Positions 24,960 to 32,000 of a DNA stretch of 32,000 bases are shown here, piece by piece. This DNA comes from an archaeon (GTDB lineage: Archaea > Iainarchaeota > Iainarchaeia > Iainarchaeales > 1-14-0-10-31-34): assembly GCA_024277355.1 (NCBI GenBank), contig JAJRVL010000004.1, positions 330,001 through 362,000 of the forward strand, written 5' to 3'. The position numbers and the translations under genes are program-made. The first letter of the stretch is position 1, and the number at the start of each line of letters is the position of its first letter. The notes beneath the pieces are model-generated. The model was not told where the DNA came from, ran no database searches, and worked only from the letters and a program-made list of their open reading frames with translations.

Positions 24960-25151
24960 ATGAAAAAAATTATAATAGGAATTTTAATTTTAGTTTTAAT
25001 TGTTTCTTTTTCAGGATGCTTTGAACAAACACCAGAAGCAAAAGAAAAAATTACTTCAAAAGAAGAAGCATCAAAAACAACAGTTGAAATAAGCGAAGAC
25101 TTAGATGGATTAAGCGGAAGCTTAAAAGAATTAGATGACGAATTAGGTTAA
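24960..25151 (+). CDS. Small lipoprotein
   Basis: MKKIIIGILILVLIVSFSGC lipobox; SD GGAGGT overlaps the end of the preceding gene. Confidence 0.75.
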   Translation: MKKIIIGILILVLIVSFSGCFEQTPEAKEKITSKEEASKTTVEISEDLDGLSGSLKELDDELG

Positions 25152-25230
25152 ACTAATTCTTTTCTTTTTTTATTTTAAAAAAACAATTTGATTTTAATTA
25201 TTTTTATACTTAAATTATAACAGTGATTAA

Positions 25231-26124
25231 ATGATTACAGCATTAGAACTATTTGTAAGCTTTGAACAAGCCCTTCCTGCAATAACAACAATACTGGTTT
25301 TAGGAATAGCTTACATTATATTCAAAGCATTAATTAGTTTAACAAAAAAAAGATTATTAAAAAAAGCAAAAACAAAAAAACAAATAACAAACATTGAATT
25401 ATTTTCAAGAATACTAAAATACATTGTTTTAATTTTTTTAATACTTACAGCAATCTTGTCTTTTTCCGGTTCATGGGCAGGATTAGGAATTGGAATTGGA
25501 CTGCTTTCTGCAGCAATAGGTTTTGCATTACAAAAACCAATAACAGGAATAGCAGCATGGATAATGCTGATAACTAAACGTCCATTCCAGATAGGAGACC
25601 GAATAATTATAGAACCCCTAAAAGGAGATGTAAAAGATATTACACTAACACATGTTTATTTGAAGGAAGTAGGCGGACAAATTGAAGGAGATGACTCATC
25701 AGGAAGAACTATTTTAATCCCAAACTCTATTTTATTTGAACAAAATATAATTAATTATTCAAGCCAAAAAGATGAAATTGTTTTAGACCAAGTTATTTTT
25801 ACTGTAACATATGAAAGCGATTTAAATAAAGCAATCCAAATAGCATTAAAATCAGCAAAAAAACATGTAAAAGAATTTATTAAAAATCCAAAAAAAATTC
25901 CTTTTGTCAGAACACATTTTCAGTCAAGCGGAATAGATGTTAAAATAAGATATTTTGTTCCAGTCAAAAAAATGAGAAAACTTTCAAGCATAATAACCCA
26001 AGAACTTCATGCAGAAATAATGAAAACAAAAGAAGTAGAATTTGCTTATCCTCATACAGAAATATTATTTAAAGACAAAAAAACAATCAGAAAATTCAAA
26101 AACAAAAAACTAACTGATTACTAA
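25231..26124 (+). CDS. mscS: MscS-family small-conductance mechanosensitive channel
   Basis: 297 aa; GLLSAAIGFALQKPITGIAAWIMLITKRPFQIGDRIII ... GRTILIPNSILFEQNIINY. Confidence 0.92.
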   Translation: MITALELFVSFEQALPAITTILVLGIAYIIFKALISLTKKRLLKKAKTKKQITNIELFSRILKYIVLIFLILTAILSFSGSWAGLGIGIGLLSAAIGFALQKPITGIAAWIMLITKRPFQIGDRIIIEPLKGDVKDITLTHVYLKEVGGQIEGDDSSGRTILIPNSILFEQNIINYSSQKDEIVLDQVIFTVTYESDLNKAIQIALKSAKKHVKEFIKNPKKIPFVRTHFQSSGIDVKIRYFVPVKKMRKLSSIITQELHAEIMKTKEVEFAYPHTEILFKDKKTIRKFKNKKLTDY

Positions 26125-26139
26125 TTAAAAAAAAGAAAA

Positions 26140-26254
26140 CGCCCCAGGTCAGACTTGAACTGACGACCTGTCGGTTGCTGCTTTTTGTTTTTGATAAAAC
26201 TTTTCTTAAAAGTTTTGTTAACAGCCGACTGCTCCACCACTAAGCTACCGGGGC
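26140..26254 (-). tRNA. tRNA-Asn(GTT) with a 43-nt intron (26176..26218)
   Basis: Minus-strand GCCCCGG/CTGGGGC acceptor, anticodon stem GTCGG/CCGAC, loop CTGTTA|A, T-arm GTCAG-TTCAAGT-CTGAC. BHB: exon CTGT pairs with intron GCAG, bulges TA|A and CA|A. Confidence 0.94.
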
Positions 26255-26255
26255 A

Positions 26256-26312
26256 CAACTGTCACGCCCAGTTGACATGCGTGCACGACTTCATTTCATT
26301 CAGTCCTGCTGT
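26256..26312 (-). repeat. 57-nt GC-rich element, copy B, immediately upstream of tRNA-Asn
   Basis: Reverse complement identical over 57 nt to 18964..19020. Confidence 0.9.
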
Positions 26313-26845
26313 CAAAATACAACAGCAATATCAAACAACAACAAAAATACTACACACATACAAACTTTGCGAGAAGTTTGTTCTTTGAATAAAAAAAAAT
26401 AGAGAGAACCATTTAAAAAAGTAAGCGTTAAAAGAAAAACAAAACATCAAATAAAAGCAAAATACCAGTATATATACATAAAGAAGAAAACAAAAAACTA
26501 AGGCAAACTAAAAGAAAACAAAAAAACTACACCATATACATAATTTTTCATTGCTTTTTAGCAACAAAACAAAGCAATTTAAGACACAAAACACGAAAAA
26601 AGAATTAAGTTAGGACTTAATTTACAATAAAAGCGATTCTTACACTCTTTTTTCTATTTAAAGCTCTTGAGGCACTTATTAAACACATTTTTTTATTTTT
26701 AATGCTTAACAGCCTGAAAACAAAAAAACAATAAAAAAATTACCCCAAATACTAAGGGTTTTTTACCTACATAACTAAATTTTAGTATTTAAAAAGCTTT
26801 CTAAAAAAATAAGTGTTATTTGAGCCTTATAACTTTATCAAAACG

Positions 26846-26853
26846 TATATATA
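26846..26853 (+). promoter_or_regulatory. TATA box of ftsZ
   Basis: TATATATA; with an SD-like GGGGTGAT further downstream at 26900. Confidence 0.55.
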
Positions 26854-26911
26854 GCAGTTAAGCACATATTATAACTGTATTCTCTTTTTTGTAAGAGTAG
26901 GGGTGATATAT

Positions 26912-27985
26912 TTGAAAAGTGTAATTGAAGACGCAGTCCAGAAAAATACTAATAAAATTGATGAAAGAATAGAAGAATTTGGTGCTCCAAAAATAATGGT
27001 TGTTGGAACCGGAGGAGCAGGATGTAATGCAGTAAACAGATTAGCTAATATGGGAGTTTCTGGAGCTCAATTAGTTGCAGTTAACACAGACAAACAGCAT
27101 TTGTCTATAATCAATGATGAATTAACTAAAATTTTAATTGGAAAAAGTGTAACAAGAGGATTAGGAGCAGGCGGATATCCTGACGTAGGAGCTAAAGCTG
27201 CTGAAGTTTCAAGACAAGCTTTAGAAGAAATTTTAAGCAGTACAGACATGCTTTTTATTTCTGCTGGAATGGGCGGAGGAACAGGAACAGGTTCAGCACC
27301 AATTATTGCAGAAATAGCAAAAGAACAAGGCGCAATAGTTATTGCAATTGTAACTTATCCTTTTGCATTAGAAAAAGCCAGACTATTAAAAGCAGAAGAC
27401 GGAATAGAACAATTAAGAGCTAACACAGACACTGTTGTAGTAATTGACAATAACAGATTAGTTAGTTTAGTGCCTAATTTACCAATACAAGATGCATTTA
27501 AAGTAGCAGACGAAGTAACTGCAAGAACAGTAAGAGGAATAACAGAAACAATAACCCAACCTTCATTAATTAACTTAGATTTCGCTGATGTTAGAAGTGT
27601 TATGGGCAATAAAGGATTAAGTGTAATTGCAGTAGGAGAATCAAAATCAGTTAACAAAGTAGACGAAGTAGTTGAAGACACATTAAAAAATGTTTTATTG
27701 GATGTTGACTTCTCTGGTGCAACAGGAGCATTAATTCATATTACCGGAGGCCCAGAATTAACTTTAGGAGAAGCAAACGGAGTAGGCGAATTACTAACAG
27801 ATAGCATTGACCCTAAAGCAACAGTTATCTGGGGTTCAAGAGTTGACCCAACATTTGAAAACAAAATAGAAGTAATCTCAATTTTCACTGGAGTGCATTC
27901 ACCTTACATTAAAAGTCCAAATGCAATTCCAGCAAAAGCAGCAGCAAGCTTGTCTAAATCAGATATGGGTTTAGGTTATATCTAG
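26912..27985 (+). CDS. ftsZ: Cell division protein FtsZ; likely TTG start at 26912 behind the SD GGGGTGAT (track start GTG 26903 lies in the SD)
   Basis: [63 protein letters not shown]. Confidence 0.96.
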   Translation: MKSVIEDAVQKNTNKIDERIEEFGAPKIMVVGTGGAGCNAVNRLANMGVSGAQLVAVNTDKQHLSIINDELTKILIGKSVTRGLGAGGYPDVGAKAAEVSRQALEEILSSTDMLFISAGMGGGTGTGSAPIIAEIAKEQGAIVIAIVTYPFALEKARLLKAEDGIEQLRANTDTVVVIDNNRLVSLVPNLPIQDAFKVADEVTARTVRGITETITQPSLINLDFADVRSVMGNKGLSVIAVGESKSVNKVDEVVEDTLKNVLLDVDFSGATGALIHITGGPELTLGEANGVGELLTDSIDPKATVIWGSRVDPTFENKIEVISIFTGVHSPYIKSPNAIPAKAAASLSKSDMGLGYI

Positions 27986-28175
27986 GATTGGAATTAATTT
28001 CCTCTCCCCTATTTTTCTTTTTTAAAAAAAAAGTATTTTTAAAGTTTTGTGTTAATAAATAAGTATTAATTTTTAGTTTTTTAAATAAAAAATATTTTTT
28101 AAGGAGTAAATAAAATCAATTTTATTTTTTTGACAGATTTGAAGGTGAAATATATGGAAACAGGTGATGACGACC

Positions 28176-28592
28176 ATGAACAACACAAAATTTTTCAAAG
28201 GAATTCATATATTAGCCGATTTATGGGAATGCGATTCCTCTAAATTAAATTTTATTAAAGAAGTAAAACAAGTACTTCAAAAAGCAGTTAAAAAAGGAAA
28301 ATTAACTGCATTAAACGACTATTTTTTTCAGTTTAATCCTTCAGGAGTAACTGGAGTTTATGTTTTAAGCCAAAGCCATATTTCAATTCATACTTGGCCT
28401 GAAAAAAACTTTGCTTCAATTGACATTTTTACCTGCGGTCCTCCAGAAAACGCATTAAAAGCATTTGAAGCAGTATGTGAAGAATTAAAACCAAAAAGAA
28501 TTCAAAAAAAACTTTTAGAAAGAATGGACGAGGGAAAAAACATTGAAACCATTAAGACAAGAAATACTATCTTTGTTAAAAAAACAAAATAG
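28176..28592 (+). CDS. speH: S-adenosylmethionine decarboxylase proenzyme (pyruvoyl, SpeH type); ATG 28176 preferred over track start 28164
   Basis: LSQSHISIHTWPEKNFASIDIFTCG autocatalytic SHISIHTWPE motif. Crenarchaeal arginine decarboxylase paralogs share this motif, but the adjacent BpsA favours AdoMetDC. Confidence 0.88.
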   Translation: MNNTKFFKGIHILADLWECDSSKLNFIKEVKQVLQKAVKKGKLTALNDYFFQFNPSGVTGVYVLSQSHISIHTWPEKNFASIDIFTCGPPENALKAFEAVCEELKPKRIQKKLLERMDEGKNIETIKTRNTIFVKKTK

Positions 28593-29523
28593 AATTTTCT
28601 GGAACCTTGCAAAACATTTATCTTATTCTCTTTCAGATTTAATTAAAGAATTAAATTTATTGCATAAAGAAAAAATAATTGAAACAAAAAACAATAAAAT
28701 TTCTTTGACATCAAAAGGAAAAAAATTAACTGAAAATCTTTTAATTCCAATTAACTGGAATAAAGCTTATTCAAATAAATTACTTAAAAAATTTTTGAAA
28801 GAAATAAAAAACAGGCCTAAAGCATTACAAAAATTTGACCAAGGAGTAATTCTTCCAAAAGATACAATTCAAAGAACAATAGTAATGGGAGAAAGACAAG
28901 ACATTGATAGAAAAAACATTTTAATTATCGGAGACGATGACTTAGTTTCAGTTTCTATTGCTTTAACTAAAAGAGCAAAATCAATTACTGTTTTAGAAAT
29001 AGATTCAAGAATTAATTCTTTTATTAATTCTTTTGCAAAAAAAAATAATTTTCCTTTAAAGGCTTTAACCTGGGATGTAAGAAAACCTCTTTCAGTTAAA
29101 TTCAAAAAAAAATTTGATGTTTTTTTAACTGACCCAGTTGAAACAATTTCAGGCATTAAAATGTTTTTAGGAAGAGGAATGGAATCATTAAAAGAAAATT
29201 CTGTTTTTTATTTTGGTTTAACTAATATTGACTGCGGACACAAAAAATGGCTTGAAATACAAAAATTAATTTTAAACTCAGGTTTTATTTTTACTGATAT
29301 AATTAAAGATCAGGCATTTTATGATTTTAAGCAGTTTGAAAAATATGATTTTGGAGCAAATGACATTCCAAAAAAATTAAGGAATTTTCCTATTCCTTCA
29401 GCAAAAGAAACTTATTTCAGTTCAAATTTTATTAGATGTTTTGCAGTAAACAAAATTAAGCCTTTAGTTAAAGGAAAAACAAAAATAAATAAAAGCTTTT
29501 ATCATGATGCAGATGTCTTTTAA
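28543..29523 (+). CDS. bpsA: BpsA-like branched-chain polyamine (aminopropyl) synthase
   Basis: 326 aa: N-terminal winged helix, then NILIIGDDDLVSVSIALTKRAKSITVLEIDSR and FDVFLTDPVETISGIKMFLGRG, typical of the N4-bis(aminopropyl)spermidine synthase family; overlaps speH. Confidence 0.85.
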   Translation: MKPLRQEILSLLKKQNRIFWNLAKHLSYSLSDLIKELNLLHKEKIIETKNNKISLTSKGKKLTENLLIPINWNKAYSNKLLKKFLKEIKNRPKALQKFDQGVILPKDTIQRTIVMGERQDIDRKNILIIGDDDLVSVSIALTKRAKSITVLEIDSRINSFINSFAKKNNFPLKALTWDVRKPLSVKFKKKFDVFLTDPVETISGIKMFLGRGMESLKENSVFYFGLTNIDCGHKKWLEIQKLILNSGFIFTDIIKDQAFYDFKQFEKYDFGANDIPKKLRNFPIPSAKETYFSSNFIRCFAVNKIKPLVKGKTKINKSFYHDADVF

Positions 29524-30260
29524 TCAATAAAAATAATTTTTCCTTTTTTATCAACTTTAATTCCTAAAATTTCTTGAACTCTTTTTTTATTTAAACTTAA
29601 TTCATAAACAAATTGAGTGTAATTATAACTTAAAGAAATAGTTTTGCCTGAAACTTTTTTTTTCTTAAAAAATCTTTCAATTAACGGTTTATACACTAAT
29701 TTGTTATTCATAAAAGGCTCTTCAGCTAAATAAACTCCGGAAAAACCATTTCTAATAGACTTCCTTATTTTATTTTTATTTCTTAAAAGAAATTCAGACA
29801 ACAAAAACTCAGAAGGGTGCATTCCAAGTTTTTTCTGAAAACGTTTACTTGCTTGTGTTTCTTTTTCAGAAGACCAAGAAACAGTTTTTCTTTTACCGAA
29901 ACTAAATTTTTTTTCTGGAAGATACTGAGTCCTTTCTCTTTGAATTGAATAAATTAAAATTCCTTTATTAAATGCTCTTGAAATTTGAATAGAAAACCTT
30001 GGTTTTTTTGCTGAATCAAATAAAACTAAATGCTTGTTGTTTGAAATTAAAGGACTTAATTTATTTTTTATTTTTCCATCAACTCTATCTTTATAAATCC
30101 AGTTTTCTTGTTCTTTAAATGAATAAGCAGTTGAATTAACTTTACTCTTAAAAAAAGCAACTGGTTTTTGTTTAATTCTTTTTCTTAATATTTTTTTTGG
30201 TTTTTTTAAACGACTTAAATTAAATAAACTTTTTTTTGGTTTTTTAATTTTAGAAGGCAT
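29520..30260 (-). CDS. Hypothetical basic protein
   Basis: 246 aa, N-terminal KKPKK-rich tail; convergent 4-nt overlap with bpsA. Confidence 0.65.
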   Translation of the reverse strand: MPSKIKKPKKSLFNLSRLKKPKKILRKRIKQKPVAFFKSKVNSTAYSFKEQENWIYKDRVDGKIKNKLSPLISNNKHLVLFDSAKKPRFSIQISRAFNKGILIYSIQRERTQYLPEKKFSFGKRKTVSWSSEKETQASKRFQKKLGMHPSEFLLSEFLLRNKNKIRKSIRNGFSGVYLAEEPFMNNKLVYKPLIERFFKKKKVSGKTISLSYNYTQFVYELSLNKKRVQEILGIKVDKKGKIIFID

Positions 30261-30297
30261 AAATAAAATACTTTTTAAGAATTATTAAAATTATGCT

Positions 30298-31716
30298 TTA
30301 AAAAAACAAAGGCAGTGCATTTAACAAAAACAAAAATAATATTCCAATTGAAAGAATTTTCATTATTAATTTTTCTTTTTGTGTTTTTTCTGTTTTCCAG
30401 AAACCAAAATAAGAAGGAAAAATAACTCTTGCAATTCTTCCTCCATCAAACGGTTCCATTGGCAAAAAATTAATTACTGCAACTAATAAACTTAAAATAA
30501 TAAGCCATTTAAAGAAATCAAAAAACAAGTAATACCAAAAAAGATATATTTCTTCTAAAAAAGAATAAGATTTTGAGTTAACTTCTTTTACAGTAAAACC
30601 AAACTGTCCAACAGAATTAGGTTTAAGTAAAAATTCTTTTTCTTCTCCGTTTTCTTCAACCAAAAAAGAGAATTCTTCATTTAATTCTTTTCCCTGATAA
30701 GCTTTAACAAAATCACCGCTTAACTGGATTTTAACTCCATTTATTTCTTTTATTTTCATTCCTTTTTTTAATACTCCCAAAGCAGGAACATCAAATTTTT
30801 CTCCGCAAAAACTTAATTTATCTGAAACAGAAACAATTTCTATTCCTTCAATTGAATTTCTTTTAATTGATTCAATTGAAGGAGAAAAAGCCAAAGACAC
30901 TGCAATTAAAATAATAAAAAAAACAGGAATTGAAGCTAAATTAGCCATTGGTCCAGCAGCATAAACCCTTAATTGTTTCATTGGTTCAGCTTTTCTTATT
31001 TCTTTTTCATCTGGTTCAACAAAAGCACCAATTGGAAAAAAACCAAACAACAATAAACCAGAACTTTTAATTTTAAGTTTTTCTTTTCTTGCAGTAATTC
31101 CATGAAATCCTTCATGAATAACTAAAATAATTAACAAAGAAATCCAAGCATGCAATGGAACAACCAAAGGAACATTTGGAATTTCCACTCCAGGAATTAC
31201 CGGTGCAACTCCAGGACAGGCTTTTATTCCTGTTAAAGTTTTAGTTAAAATGTCAACTGCACTTATTACTAAAGAAAAAATTACAAAACCAGCAAAACCA
31301 GTTAAAGCAAAAACAAAACTTAACAAATTTAATCCATAAAAGTTTGTGTAACCTTCAGTAATAAAACTTGAAGAAGAAAAAATTCCAAAAACAAACTCAA
31401 AAACAAAATACAAAACTAAAATTGAAATTATCCATAAACCAAATCTTTTTAGTTTATTTAATTTTTTGCCGTACAAAAAATCTATTCCAATTAAACCAAA
31501 ACCTAAAATTAATCCAAGAGAAGTCAAAAAATTAATTATTTTTTCATGATGAGCAAATTTATCAAATATTGGATTAGCTTTAGTTGTTTTATACATTGAG
31601 CCAATATAATAAGTTTTAGCTGAAGTGAATTTTTTTAATAAAAAAGTAAATATAACTGAAGCAACTAAAAATAATGTTAACCAAAAAAAGAAATTTGAAG
31701 TTAATTCTTCTAACAT
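30298..31716 (-). CDS. M50-family intramembrane (site-2-like) metalloprotease with embedded PDZ-like domain
   Basis: ILVIHEGFHGITAR (HExxH), VYAAGPMANLASIPVFF, central PDZ-like region GVLKKGMKIKEINGVKI, LPMEPFDGGRIARV (third metal ligand region). Confidence 0.9.
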   Translation of the reverse strand: MLEELTSNFFFWLTLFLVASVIFTFLLKKFTSAKTYYIGSMYKTTKANPIFDKFAHHEKIINFLTSLGLILGFGLIGIDFLYGKKLNKLKRFGLWIISILVLYFVFEFVFGIFSSSSFITEGYTNFYGLNLLSFVFALTGFAGFVIFSLVISAVDILTKTLTGIKACPGVAPVIPGVEIPNVPLVVPLHAWISLLIILVIHEGFHGITARKEKLKIKSSGLLLFGFFPIGAFVEPDEKEIRKAEPMKQLRVYAAGPMANLASIPVFFIILIAVSLAFSPSIESIKRNSIEGIEIVSVSDKLSFCGEKFDVPALGVLKKGMKIKEINGVKIQLSGDFVKAYQGKELNEEFSFLVEENGEEKEFLLKPNSVGQFGFTVKEVNSKSYSFLEEIYLFWYYLFFDFFKWLIILSLLVAVINFLPMEPFDGGRIARVIFPSYFGFWKTEKTQKEKLIMKILSIGILFLFLLNALPLFF

Positions 31717-31909
31717 AAAATCACAAAAAAAAGTATTTAATTAATTCATTTTATTTTCCAAGTTTATTGCTTTTATTTTCCAAGTTTACTGTTTTTTAAT
31801 TTAATTAATTTATTTTATCTATTTATTTTTTTATTTTTTAATTTAATTAATTTTATTTATTCAATTATTTTTTATTTTTTTATTCAATTAATTTATTGTT
31901 CTCTTAAAT

Positions 31910-32000
31910 TTATTTCCAGTTCTTTTTCTATTTTTTTTATTATTTTATCTGATGGAGTAAATTTTTCTGATTCAATTCTATGCAGAACTGAATCTTTTTC
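31910..32000 (-). CDS. C-terminal fragment of a protein truncated by the window edge
   Basis: Manual translation of the minus strand: ...EKDSVLHRIESEKFTPSDKIIKKIEKNWK*. Too short to identify. Confidence 0.4.

Noticed and set aside
18964-26312. Considered as a mobile element bounded by the inverted 57-nt repeats and tRNA genes
   Set aside because: The interior carries an APC permease, surface proteins and MscS but no recombinase or integrase; the repeats are precisely positioned against different tRNAs, which fits a leader function better than element ends. Not fully excluded.
26185-26388. 67-aa plus-strand ORF antisense to tRNA-Asn and its leader
   Set aside because: Overlaps a confidently folded tRNA gene; similarity to the other ORF is explained by the RNA repeat.
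27355-27681. Antisense ORFs within ftsZ (27067..27249 and 27355..27681) and within the APC permease (20892..21476)
   Set aside because: No start context or domain; the sense genes are unambiguous.
28176-28592. Arginine decarboxylase (crenarchaeal AdoMetDC-like paralog) instead of AdoMetDC
   Set aside because: Sequence motifs alone cannot separate them fully, but direct coupling to a BpsA-like gene needing decarboxylated SAM favours AdoMetDC.

Overview
AT-rich archaeal chromosomal segment. Archaeal markers are an archaeal-type TyrRS, a RibL-type FAD synthase, FtsZ, three tRNA genes with introns at 37/38 (clear bulge-helix-bulge in two), and an AdoMetDC plus BpsA-like polyamine gene pair typical of thermophiles. 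The general look (many small Lys-rich orphan proteins, leaderless or short-leader genes) suggests a DPANN or similar lineage, but I cannot place it taxonomically. Housekeeping genes are cysS, tyrS, guaB, ftsZ, speH, bpsA, an M50 protease, an Hsp20 and an APC permease. Most interesting observations: (1) a tight minus-strand operon (about 5.48-9.86 kb) encoding an MscS-like channel fused to a C39-like papain-fold peptidase domain, a degenerate ATP-grasp protein, two RimK-like ATP-grasp ligases and a zinc-ribbon protein, with an M29-type aminopeptidase diverging from it and a GCS2-like carboxylate-amine ligase nearby. This is a candidate undescribed amide-ligation/peptidase/channel system. (2) An identical 57-nt GC-rich structured sequence placed immediately upstream of both tRNA-Ser(GCT) and tRNA-Asn(GTT), with a covarying relative upstream of tRNA-Leu(CAA). 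(3) A dispersed stem-loop plus ATCAAAAA element in tRNA introns and intergenic DNA. (4) A tandem pair of secreted six-Cys mini-proteins. (5) A large secreted protein with 15 CGxGxC...CxxDC modules followed by five repeats of a second Cys type. (6) A winged-helix/RelE-like toxin-antitoxin candidate. No CRISPR array, rRNA or transposase was found. All calls are from reading sequence motifs; no database search was run.
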